Shown here: one piece after another, positions 38,106 through 46,089 of the stretch | How the letters are laid out: every line of letters begins with the position of its first letter | How positions within the stretch are numbered: position 1 is the stretch's first letter | DNA from: Desulfonatronovibrionaceae bacterium | Lineage (GTDB): Bacteria; Desulfobacterota; Desulfovibrionia; Desulfovibrionales; Desulfonatronovibrionaceae | DNA length: 46,089 nt | Direction of reading: 5' to 3' | Assembly (NCBI GenBank): GCA_046539845.1 | Contig: JBKHGE010000016.1 | Location: forward strand, 1 to 46,089 | Translations under genes and position numbers: made by a program | Notes under the pieces: generated by a model | Database searches by the model: none | What the model was told of the DNA's origin: nothing | The model's input: only the letters and a program-made list of their open reading frames with translations

Positions 38106-41100
38106 ATGCCGGACAAAAGCCGCAACCACCTTTCACGCAGCGAATCCAGAGGGCCCATAGGCTGGATGGCCGGCAACTCCGTGGCCGCCAACCTGCTCAT
38201 GGTGGTCCTCCTTGTGGGCGGGCTCCTCCTGGGCCTGAACATAAAACAGGAAATCTTTCCGGAGTTCACTCTGGATACAGTGAGCGTGAACGTCTCCTAT
38301 CCCGGGGCCAGCCCGGAAGAGGTGGAGGAAGGGATAATCCTGGCCGTGGAGGAAGCGGTCCAGGGCATGGATGAAATCAAGGAGGTGGAGTCCACGGCCA
38401 AGGAGGGATCGGCCAACATTGTCATCGAGATGGTCGAGGGCGGTGATCTGCAGCAGCTGGCCCAGGACGTGAAAAACGAGGTGGATCGGATAACCTCTTT
38501 CCCGGAAGACGCCGAGGAGCCGCAGGTAAGCATAGTCTCCAGGCGCAGAGAAGTTTTGAATATAGCCCTGCACGGGACTCAGGACCGCCGGGTTTTGAGG
38601 GAGACCGCGGAATCCGTCCGGGACATCCTTCTCCAGGACCCGGAAGTGACCCAGGTGGATCTGGAGGGGACCAAACCGCTGGAAATCAAGGTAGAGATAC
38701 CCCAGGACACCTTGCGTACCTACGGGCTGACTCTGGAGGAGGTGGCCTCGCGGATCGACGAGGCATCGGTGGACATGCCTGCCGGAGAAATCGAGACCAA
38801 CAGCGGGGACATCCTCATCCGGATAAAGGAACGCAAGGACCTGGGCAGGCAGTTCGCCAGGATCCCAATCATCACCACCGACTCCGGGACCCTGGTACGC
38901 CTCGAGGACTTGGGCTCGATCGAGGACGGCTTCCGGGACACGGATAACGAGGCCGCCTTTAACGGGGACCCGGCCATCTTGATCAACGTCTACCGCGTTG
39001 GGGAGCAGACCCCGGTGTCTGTGGCCGAGGCGGTAAAGGGGCAGCTTAGCGATATACGGGACTCTTTACCCCCGGACATGGACCTGTCCATAGTCCGGGA
39101 CATGTCCGACACCTACCGGGAACGTATGGACCTTTTACTGCGCAACGCCTATCTCGGCCTGGGTCTGGTGTTCATCCTTCTGGCCCTGTTTCTGGAATCC
39201 CGCCTGGCCTTCTGGGTCAGCCTGGGCATCCCCATCTCCTTTCTGGGCTCCATGTTCTTTTTGCCCTGGTTCGGGGTCAGCCTGAACATGATTTCCTTGT
39301 TCGCGTTTATCATCACTTTGGGGATCGTGGTCGACGACGCCATTGTGGTCGGAGAGAACGTATACTCCTATCACCAGAAGGGAGTCCCCTTGCTCCGCGC
39401 GGCCGTGCTGGGTGCAAAAGACATAGCCATGCCGGTCATATTCAGCGTGACCACCAATATAGTGGCCTTTTTGCCCATGTTCTTTATCCCCGGGGTGATG
39501 GGCAAGATATTCAAGACCATCCCGGCGGTGGTGGCCAGCGTTTTCCTGATCTCCCTTATCGAGTGCTTGTTCATACTCCCGGCCCACCTTGGGCACCAAA
39601 TGCGAAAAAAGGAGCTTACCGGGCCGCGCAGATGGCTGCATAACATGCAGCAATCCTTCAGTCATAAATTTATGCACTTTGTCCACAACAAGTACCGGCC
39701 CTTTTTGGAGCAAAGCATCAAATGGCGCTACCTGACTCTGGCCCTGGCCGCGGCAGTGCTCATTTTGGCCGCAGGGTTTATAAAAAGCGGCCGGCTGGGT
39801 ATGACCATGTTCCCCAAGATCGAATCCAGATTCTCTTATGCCCAGGCCACCCTCCCCTACGGCACGGCCAGGCACAAAGTGGAAGAGGTGAACAAACGCT
39901 TGGTTCGGGCCGCGGCTGAAATCGGGGAAGAAAACGGCGGAGACAATCTCCTGAAGGGCATCTATACCCGGATCGACAACAACGAAATCAGTATCCGGGC
40001 CTTTTTGACCTCCCCGGAAATCCGGCCCCTGAGCACGGATGAATTCACTCGCAAATGGCGGGACCGGGTCGGGGACATCCCCGGACTGGAAAGTCTGGTC
40101 TATGAATCGGACCGGGGTGGTCCGGGTGCGGGAAAGGCCCTGGACATCGCGCTCTCGCACCGAGACCTGGAAACGCTGCGCCGGGCAGGCGAGGATCTGG
40201 CCGCACAGATGGAGCTATACCCCAACGTCAAGGATGTATACGACGGATTTTCCCCGGGAAAGAGGCAATACGATATCACCCTGCGGCCCGAAGCCAGAAG
40301 TATGGGGTTCAAGGCCGCGGATATAGCCCGAAAGATGCGCTCCAGATATTACGGGGCCGAGGCCTTGCGTCAACAGCGGGGCAGAAACGAGCTCAAGGTC
40401 ATGGTCCGGCTCCCGGAAGAGGAGCGCAAACACGAATACTTCCTAGAGGAAATGGTCGTCCGCAACCCGGAGGGCAAAGAACTCAAATTAAGCGAGGCCG
40501 TGGACATGCGCCCGGACCGGGCCTATACCGAGATCAACAGGAAAAACGGCCGCAGGGTGATAAATGTGACCGCGGACGTGCTCCCCCGCAGCCAAGCGAG
40601 CCAGGTCTTAAGCGATTTACAGGCCGAGGCCCTGCCCGAACTCATGAACAATCACCCAGGTCTGGACTTCGGACTGGAGGGCAGGCAGGCGGATATCAAG
40701 GAGAGCATGGATAGCCTGTACCAGGGGCTGTTCCTGGCCCTTTTGGGGATTTTCGCCCTTTTGGCCGTGCCCTTTCGAAGCTATCTGCAGCCGCTGATAA
40801 TCATGGTCGGCATCCCCTTCGGCATTGTCGGGGCAGTCTTGGGTCACATAGTCATGGGCTACAGCCTGAGTATTATGAGCATGTTCGGCATCCTGGCCCT
40901 GTCCGGGGTGGTGGTCAACAACTCCTTGGTGCTTATCGATCTGGCCAACCGCCACCTGCGCTCCGGGAAACCTCTGCTGCAGGCAATCCTGGACGCGGGG
41001 ACCGGAAGGTTCCGGCCCATTTTATTGACCACCCTGACCACTTCCGCAGGACTGGCTCCAATGATCCTGGAGACCTCCAGGCAGGCCAGATTTCTGATCC

Positions 41101-41264
41101 CTATGGCCATCTCTCTGGGCTTTGGCATCTTGTTTTCTTCTCTTATTATCCTCTTTCTGGTCCCCTGCCTGTATGTGATCATGGACGACGTACACAATGC
41201 ATGGGCATGGCTGTACAGACCGGAAGCGATCACCACCAGGAAAGGACCGGGGACAGTGCTCTAA
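38106..41264 (+). CDS. RND efflux permease (AcrB/AcrD/AcrF family)
   Basis: YPGASPEEVEE, GIVVDDAIVVGEN, GRFRPILLTTLT, PMAISLGFG. Confidence 0.95.
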   Translation: MPDKSRNHLSRSESRGPIGWMAGNSVAANLLMVVLLVGGLLLGLNIKQEIFPEFTLDTVSVNVSYPGASPEEVEEGIILAVEEAVQGMDEIKEVESTAKEGSANIVIEMVEGGDLQQLAQDVKNEVDRITSFPEDAEEPQVSIVSRRREVLNIALHGTQDRRVLRETAESVRDILLQDPEVTQVDLEGTKPLEIKVEIPQDTLRTYGLTLEEVASRIDEASVDMPAGEIETNSGDILIRIKERKDLGRQFARIPIITTDSGTLVRLEDLGSIEDGFRDTDNEAAFNGDPAILINVYRVGEQTPVSVAEAVKGQLSDIRDSLPPDMDLSIVRDMSDTYRERMDLLLRNAYLGLGLVFILLALFLESRLAFWVSLGIPISFLGSMFFLPWFGVSLNMISLFAFIITLGIVVDDAIVVGENVYSYHQKGVPLLRAAVLGAKDIAMPVIFSVTTNIVAFLPMFFIPGVMGKIFKTIPAVVASVFLISLIECLFILPAHLGHQMRKKELTGPRRWLHNMQQSFSHKFMHFVHNKYRPFLEQSIKWRYLTLALAAAVLILAAGFIKSGRLGMTMFPKIESRFSYAQATLPYGTARHKVEEVNKRLVRAAAEIGEENGGDNLLKGIYTRIDNNEISIRAFLTSPEIRPLSTDEFTRKWRDRVGDIPGLESLVYESDRGGPGAGKALDIALSHRDLETLRRAGEDLAAQMELYPNVKDVYDGFSPGKRQYDITLRPEARSMGFKAADIARKMRSRYYGAEALRQQRGRNELKVMVRLPEEERKHEYFLEEMVVRNPEGKELKLSEAVDMRPDRAYTEINRKNGRRVINVTADVLPRSQASQVLSDLQAEALPELMNNHPGLDFGLEGRQADIKESMDSLYQGLFLALLGIFALLAVPFRSYLQPLIIMVGIPFGIVGAVLGHIVMGYSLSIMSMFGILALSGVVVNNSLVLIDLANRHLRSGKPLLQAILDAGTGRFRPILLTTLTTSAGLAPMILETSRQARFLIPMAISLGFGILFSSLIILFLVPCLYVIMDDVHNAWAWLYRPEAITTRKGPGTVL

Positions 41265-41287
41265 CGGCGTAAGCAGCGGAGGCGGCC

Positions 41288-41665
41288 GTGAATTTTGAAT
41301 TCATAGAAAAAATTGCCGAGGAAAAGATCCGGGAGGCGGAGCGGCAGGGAGAGTTTAAGGACCTGCCCGGGGCAGGCAAACCGCTCGACCTGGAGGACGA
41401 TTCCATGATCCCAGAACAGCTCCGGATGAGCTACAAGATCCTCAAAAATTCCGGATTCGTTCCCCCGGAGGTGGCGGACAAAAAGGAGATTAAAAACATC
41501 CGGGACATGCTGGACAAGACCACTGACGAAGCCGAGAGATACAAGCAGATCCAGAAACTCAACCTGCTTGTGACCAAAATGAATATGCACAGGAATCGAC
41601 CGGTTTACCTGGAGGAAAACCAGATCTACTATCAAAAGGTCTTGGACAAAATCCGGGTGAAGTAG
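41288..41665 (+). CDS. DUF1992 (DnaJC28-related) protein
   Basis: IAEEKIREA..QGEFKDLPGAGKPLDL, YKILKNSGFVPPEV; GTG start after GGAGG. Confidence 0.85.
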   Translation: MNFEFIEKIAEEKIREAERQGEFKDLPGAGKPLDLEDDSMIPEQLRMSYKILKNSGFVPPEVADKKEIKNIRDMLDKTTDEAERYKQIQKLNLLVTKMNMHRNRPVYLEENQIYYQKVLDKIRVK

Positions 41666-41837
41666 GTTACATCCTGGGTCCTTTCCCCAACCGGGCAGCC
41701 ACGTTTGCAGCCTCGAATACACAGGGTCCGCAATTTTTCAGGGAAAAAGCATTGCAACCAAGCTGGGCCTGCTTTCAATCCATTCCCGTTCTGCTCTCCG
41801 TTGCATTCCCGGCAGTTAAGAAGTATTCTTCCGGTCA

Positions 41838-42293
41838 ATGCAAAATACTGGCCTTTACCGGCAGATATTACCCGCCCGGGAGTTGTTGCGCCTTAAAAAG
41901 GACAGCGGCCCGGAAAAGGGCGAAAGAAAACCCGCACCTTTGAGCGCAGAGTCCGCCGGGGGAGGAGGGAGGTATGTCTATCTGTGCCGGGACTGCTATT
42001 CCCTTGTGACCAGCCAGCTGCAGGAGACAAAGGTCAATTCCAGACATGTCCATATCTTCCCTAATCCGCACGGTTTGGTCTTTGAGATTGGATGTTTCTT
42101 GGACGCGGTATGCTTCACCCTGGGGCAGCCCAGCACCGAATTCACCTGGTTTCCCGGCTATGCCTGGGACATAGCCATGTGCATTTCCTGCCGCAGGCAC
42201 CTGGGCTGGATGTATACAAACAAAGACAGGCGCTTCTACGGACTGGTCCTGCAGGCCTTGCTTAAACGGGAAATAAAGGGCGCAGATATCTAA
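41838..42293 (+). CDS. Single-domain cereblon (CULT) family protein
   Basis: CRDC...NPHG..FEIGCF...EFTWFPGYAWDIAMCISCRRHLGWMY...FYGL. Exact start uncertain. Confidence 0.9.
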   Translation: MQNTGLYRQILPARELLRLKKDSGPEKGERKPAPLSAESAGGGGRYVYLCRDCYSLVTSQLQETKVNSRHVHIFPNPHGLVFEIGCFLDAVCFTLGQPSTEFTWFPGYAWDIAMCISCRRHLGWMYTNKDRRFYGLVLQALLKREIKGADI

Positions 42294-42449
42294 AAACAGA
42301 TCCACTCCCGGCGGACAAGTGACCCAGGTCTGGCGTTGCCAACAAAATGTATTTGATATATCGGTTCGGGTTCCTTTTGCGGGCTCAAGAGCCACGCGAA
42401 TAATCCAAGCCGAAAGGACAATAAAACAATATAAAGGAAACCAATAGAC

Positions 42450-43460
42450 ATGAAGACTGCCATATTCGGATTTGCCGGCAGCGGCAAAACCGAACTCTTT
42501 TTGGCCTTGGCCGGACCGGAGCATGCCGGACAGGACCAGGCCATGGTCAAGGTACCCGAGCCCAGGCTGGACCCGCTCGCCGAGCAATTTAAGCCCAAAA
42601 AAGTCACCCAAAGCGAAATAGAGTATCTGGACATTCCCGGCGGTGGTGCCAAGGGCCAGGGCCTGGGAGCCCGAGTTTTAAATGCCATTAGGCCGCACGA
42701 TTGCCTCCTGGCGGTCCTGGACGCATTTACCGGGGCCCACGATCCCGTGGAGCAGTGCCAGGCCATAGAAACCGACTTTATAGTCGCCGACCTGGATGTA
42801 GTGGAGAAAAAACTGGAAAAGATGCAGGCGGACCAGAGAAAATCCAAAAACCTGGTGGACGAAGCGGAACAAAAACTCCTCTTACAGGTCAAAGACGCAT
42901 TGGAGGCGGAGACCCCGCTGCGGCAAATACCAGAACTGGCCGAGGCCCCGGAACTCAGGGGGTACTGTTTTCTGTCCGGAAAGCCCATTGTCTACGCCTG
43001 GAACGTGTCCGAAGAGGGACTAAAAGAAAAAAGCCTCCCGGAAGACGAAGGCGGAGCGGCCCATATCGCGGTTGCGGCCCGCATGGAAAAGGAAATGGCC
43101 GAACTGGAGGACCCGGAGGAAAGAGAGATGTTCATGCACGACCTGGGGGTAAATGAGTCTGCCCTGGATCGGGTGATTGCCAAGACCTACGACCTCCTTG
43201 GGCTGATAACCTTTCTCACTGCCGGAGAAAAGGAAGTCCGGGCCTGGCCGGTGCGCAAGGGGGCCGCAGCCCCGGAAGCGGCCGGAGTCATCCATTCCGA
43301 TCTGCAAAAGGGGTTTATCCGGGCCGAAGTCCTGGGCTGGTCCGACTTCGAGCAGGTAAAGACGTTCAAGGCGGCCAAGGAAAAAGGGCTCCTGCGCCTG
43401 GAGGGAAAAAATTACCAAGTCCGGGACGGGGATGTCATAACTTTCAGATTCAACGTATAA
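42450..43460 (+). CDS. ychF: Divergent YchF/OLA1-family ATPase (DUF933 C-terminus)
   Basis: GFAGSGKT, VKVPEPRLD, DIPG, WNVSE, LITFLTAGEKEVRAW, AAGVIHSDLQKGFIRAE, EGKNYQVRDGDVITFRFNV. Probably a paralogue. Confidence 0.85.
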   Translation: MKTAIFGFAGSGKTELFLALAGPEHAGQDQAMVKVPEPRLDPLAEQFKPKKVTQSEIEYLDIPGGGAKGQGLGARVLNAIRPHDCLLAVLDAFTGAHDPVEQCQAIETDFIVADLDVVEKKLEKMQADQRKSKNLVDEAEQKLLLQVKDALEAETPLRQIPELAEAPELRGYCFLSGKPIVYAWNVSEEGLKEKSLPEDEGGAAHIAVAARMEKEMAELEDPEEREMFMHDLGVNESALDRVIAKTYDLLGLITFLTAGEKEVRAWPVRKGAAAPEAAGVIHSDLQKGFIRAEVLGWSDFEQVKTFKAAKEKGLLRLEGKNYQVRDGDVITFRFNV

Positions 43461-43469
43461 TAAGCAGAT

Positions 43470-44732
43470 ATGCTTTTATCTCCGTGGGTTGCAACCGCTG
43501 CTGCCCTGATAATAGCCGGGCAGCTCATCCGGACCTGGGCCGCGCTGTTGAACCTGGGGCGAATGGAGGGCGAATTGCCTCCGGAATTCGCGGACTTATT
43601 TACCGACCGCAACTATGCCCGATCCCAGGAATATACCCGAGCACAGACCCGCTTTGAACTGCTTCGGGACTGGTACTGGACATTGGTTATCCTTTTCGCC
43701 TTGGAAACGAACCTGCTTAACCGACTGGACCTGGCCGTACGGGAACTGGATCTTTTCCCTGCCGCAACCGGCCTTGTCTTCCTGGCTGGTCTTTTTCTGC
43801 TCCTTGACCTCCTTGGGCTGCCTTTTGAGATTTATCAGATCTTCCGCCTGGAGGGGAGATTCGGCATGAACATGACCACTGCCGGGACCTTTATAGCGGA
43901 TAGGATAAAGGGTTACCTCTTAACCCTTACTCTGGGCGGCGCCCTGGGCTGGGCCATACTGGTGCTTCTGGACATGGCCGGGGGAATGGCCTGGCTTTAT
44001 TGTACTCTGGCATTCGGGGCCTTTCTTCTGGTCATGCAATTCATCGGCCCGACCTTTATTTTGCCCCTTTTCAACACCTTTACTCCCATCCGGGACCAGG
44101 ACCTGAGGCAGGACATATTTACCCTGGCCTGGTCGGCCGCCTTCCCCCTGAAGGAAGTCTACATCCTGGACGGATCCAGAAGATCGGCCAAAGGAAATGC
44201 CTTCTTCGCCGGCATAGGCAAATCCAAGAGGATCGCTCTCTTTGACACCCTTACCAATCGTCTGAGCCGTTCCGAGATCCTGGCCGTCCTTGCGCACGAA
44301 ATGGGGCATTTCCGGCTCCGGCATATCCATAAAAGATTCGCCTCTATGCTGTTAAAAGCGGCCTTGCTTTTTGTCCTTTTGAATATATTCATCGCTTTCC
44401 CCTCCATCACCAACTCCCTAGGGCTTAAACACCATTCCGTACATGTCTCGCTCGTATTTTTCGCCCTGCTCTATTCCCCGCTGGCCCTGCTTCTGGGCAT
44501 CCACGGCAAATGGAAATCGCGCCAGAATGAATACGAGGCGGATGCGTTTGCGGCCGGCTTATGCCCGCCCGAACATCTCATAAACGCCCTTAAGAGACTG
44601 TCCCGGAACAACCTGGGCAATCTCACCCCGCACCCCGCGTATGTCCTTTTACATTTTTCCCATCCTCCGGTACTTGAACGAATAAGGGAATTGGGCCAAA
44701 AATCCACAGGAGGAGCTAATGATCAGCATTGA
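43470..44732 (+). CDS. M48 family Zn metalloprotease, Ste24/CAAX protease-like
   Basis: Multi-TM; PLFNTF.P, DGSRRS.KGNAFF.G, LAHEMGH, SRQNEYEADAFA, SHPPVLERI. Confidence 0.92.
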   Translation: MLLSPWVATAAALIIAGQLIRTWAALLNLGRMEGELPPEFADLFTDRNYARSQEYTRAQTRFELLRDWYWTLVILFALETNLLNRLDLAVRELDLFPAATGLVFLAGLFLLLDLLGLPFEIYQIFRLEGRFGMNMTTAGTFIADRIKGYLLTLTLGGALGWAILVLLDMAGGMAWLYCTLAFGAFLLVMQFIGPTFILPLFNTFTPIRDQDLRQDIFTLAWSAAFPLKEVYILDGSRRSAKGNAFFAGIGKSKRIALFDTLTNRLSRSEILAVLAHEMGHFRLRHIHKRFASMLLKAALLFVLLNIFIAFPSITNSLGLKHHSVHVSLVFFALLYSPLALLLGIHGKWKSRQNEYEADAFAAGLCPPEHLINALKRLSRNNLGNLTPHPAYVLLHFSHPPVLERIRELGQKSTGGANDQH

Positions 44733-45114
44733 TATCCAAACCAGGGCTTCCACGGATATGGTGGACATCACCCTCGGAGTGCAGCAGGCGGTAAAAGACT
44801 GCGGGGCGGAAAAAGGAATAGCTCTCATCTACTGCCCGCACACCACGGGGGCGATCACCATAAACGAAGGCGCGGACCCGGATGTGTGCCGGGACATAAA
44901 CGTCAACTTGAGCCATCTCATCCCCCGGGCCGGTGACTACCTGCACGCCGAGGGCAACAGCGACGCGCACATAAAGTCCAGTCTGATCGGCTGCTCAGAG
45001 ACGGTGATCATAGAGAACGGCAAACCGGTTCTGGGGACCTGGCAGAGGATATTCTTCGCTGAATTCGACGGTCCGCGGAAAAGAAAGGCCTATATAAAGG
45101 TCCTGCAGGGCTAA
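44719..45114 (+). CDS. yjbQ: YjbQ / UPF0047 protein
   Basis: PHTTGAITINE.ADPDV, YLHAEGNSDAHIKSSL, LGTWQRIFFAEFDGPR; overlaps the M48 gene by 14 nt. Confidence 0.93.
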   Translation: MISIDIQTRASTDMVDITLGVQQAVKDCGAEKGIALIYCPHTTGAITINEGADPDVCRDINVNLSHLIPRAGDYLHAEGNSDAHIKSSLIGCSETVIIENGKPVLGTWQRIFFAEFDGPRKRKAYIKVLQG

Positions 45115-45275
45115 AAAGCAAGAAACGGGAACCCCAAAGGTGGTTTCCCTTCTCAAATAGACCTTGAAGACGGGAAACCCCTTTATGCTTTCTTTCCTTG
45201 ACTGGGCCCAGAGTGGTCCAGGCTGACAGGCATGCCTGTTTACAAACTTTAATTTCCTTCCAACCGGAATAGACC

Positions 45276-46089
45276 ATGGCTTCTGGGAATACACGCTATC
45301 GGGTGCAAAGCTGGATAATCGCCCTGCTGATCTTTCTGACCGCTGCAGTCGCCGGCTGCGCCCTGTCGGAAAGGGACACTCGAAAGCCGCGGGTTAAAAG
45401 CCCCCCTTTTGTTGTTCAGGATCATAGCCAGGCTCTGCCCCATTGGGCGCGGCTGGGCATAAGAAACGCCACGCTGATAAACTTCGATGCCCACGATGAT
45501 ATGCGCCGGATACCGGAGCAGAAAATGGAAGCTTTGCGCTTGATTTATTGCTCCGGGGATGCCGCGGCGCTTGAAGAGGCCGGAGGACCGGGAAACACTG
45601 GCCTGTATAACATCGGAAATTTTATTTATGCCGCCGTAGGCCTGGGAATCGTGCAGGAAGTGTATTGGGTCATTCCTTTTACTTATTTCCAAGACGATCA
45701 TCCGGGTCGGCTGTTGCGGCAATTTATGCTCGATTACGGCTTCCCGAGAGACGTTGTAAACACATTTGAACTCAGCGAAGGAGTCTATACGGGAATCTAC
45801 ATGGGTATACCGGTGACTCTATGTTCCCTGGAAAATCTGCCTGGAGCAAAGAAAAGATTCCTCGTCAGCCTTGATGCCGACTTCCTGCCCGCACATGCCG
45901 AGTGGCACGGCTGTGATCGGTTGACTTCCATGGAGCGCCTGTTCTCCGCCCTGCGTGACTCCCGGATCCAAATGAACGACTTTTTGATCAGTTATTCAGT
46001 AAACGGGGGATACCTAAGCGTTCTGGACCGCTGGCTGATCCCGGCCTGCTCGGATTTTGCCTGCGGGGGTGCAGCAAGGCGAACACCCT
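45276..46089 (+). CDS. UPF0489-like (arginase/deacetylase-fold) lipoprotein, 3'-truncated by the window edge
   Basis: Hand-translated, open to the window end with no stop. VAGC lipobox; QDHSQALPHW, NFDAHDD, NIGNFIYAA, VYWV, SLDADF, SYSVNGGY. Confidence 0.75.
   Translation, partial: MASGNTRYRVQSWIIALLIFLTAAVAGCALSERDTRKPRVKSPPFVVQDHSQALPHWARLGIRNATLINFDAHDDMRRIPEQKMEALRLIYCSGDAAALEEAGGPGNTGLYNIGNFIYAAVGLGIVQEVYWVIPFTYFQDDHPGRLLRQFMLDYGFPRDVVNTFELSEGVYTGIYMGIPVTLCSLENLPGAKKRFLVSLDADFLPAHAEWHGCDRLTSMERLFSALRDSRIQMNDFLISYSVNGGYLSVLDRWLIPACSDFACGGAARRTP

Noticed and set aside
432..45114. Selenocysteine or pyrrolysine read-through
   Set aside because: Recognised genes end at family-typical C-termini; no TGA or TAG falls at a conserved Cys or catalytic position.
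1..46089. tRNA, rRNA, CRISPR array, transposase or integrase
   Set aside because: None recognised on either strand by inspection; a covariance-model scan was not possible.

Overview
Gene-dense chromosomal segment, mostly housekeeping and accessory genes. The content (Cache-HAMP chemoreceptor, PocR hybrid kinase, Tat-exported DUF362 plus polyferredoxin, split Mrp antiporter, single-domain cereblon) suggests an anaerobic deltaproteobacterium of the Desulfovibrionales type; this is inference, as no marker gene is present. Order: AT-richer left end with a YtcJ-type amidohydrolase and an HNH-nuclease scar; MltF-like transglycosylase; PocR hybrid histidine kinase; WrbA-like flavodoxin and MCP; TauE scar; K+ channel with two RCK modules; lipoprotein; QueG-like Fe-S protein; NlpC/P60 lipoprotein; eight-gene Mrp-type cation/H+ antiporter; DHA2 MFS; DUF362/4Fe-4S pair; Ub-Mut7-C RNase; sdaA; internally deleted lhgO-like scar; YhaO/YhaN (Mre11/Rad50-like) pair; tripartite RND pump; and a co-oriented run DUF1992, cereblon (CULT), divergent YchF, Ste24-like M48 protease, YjbQ and a UPF0489-like lipoprotein. 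The last gene runs off the window and is absent from the ORF track. That final run is the best candidate for an undescribed system (protein damage or quality control), but the functional link is hypothesis only. I recognised no rRNA, tRNA, CRISPR array or intact mobile element. All family calls come from motif recognition, not database searches.
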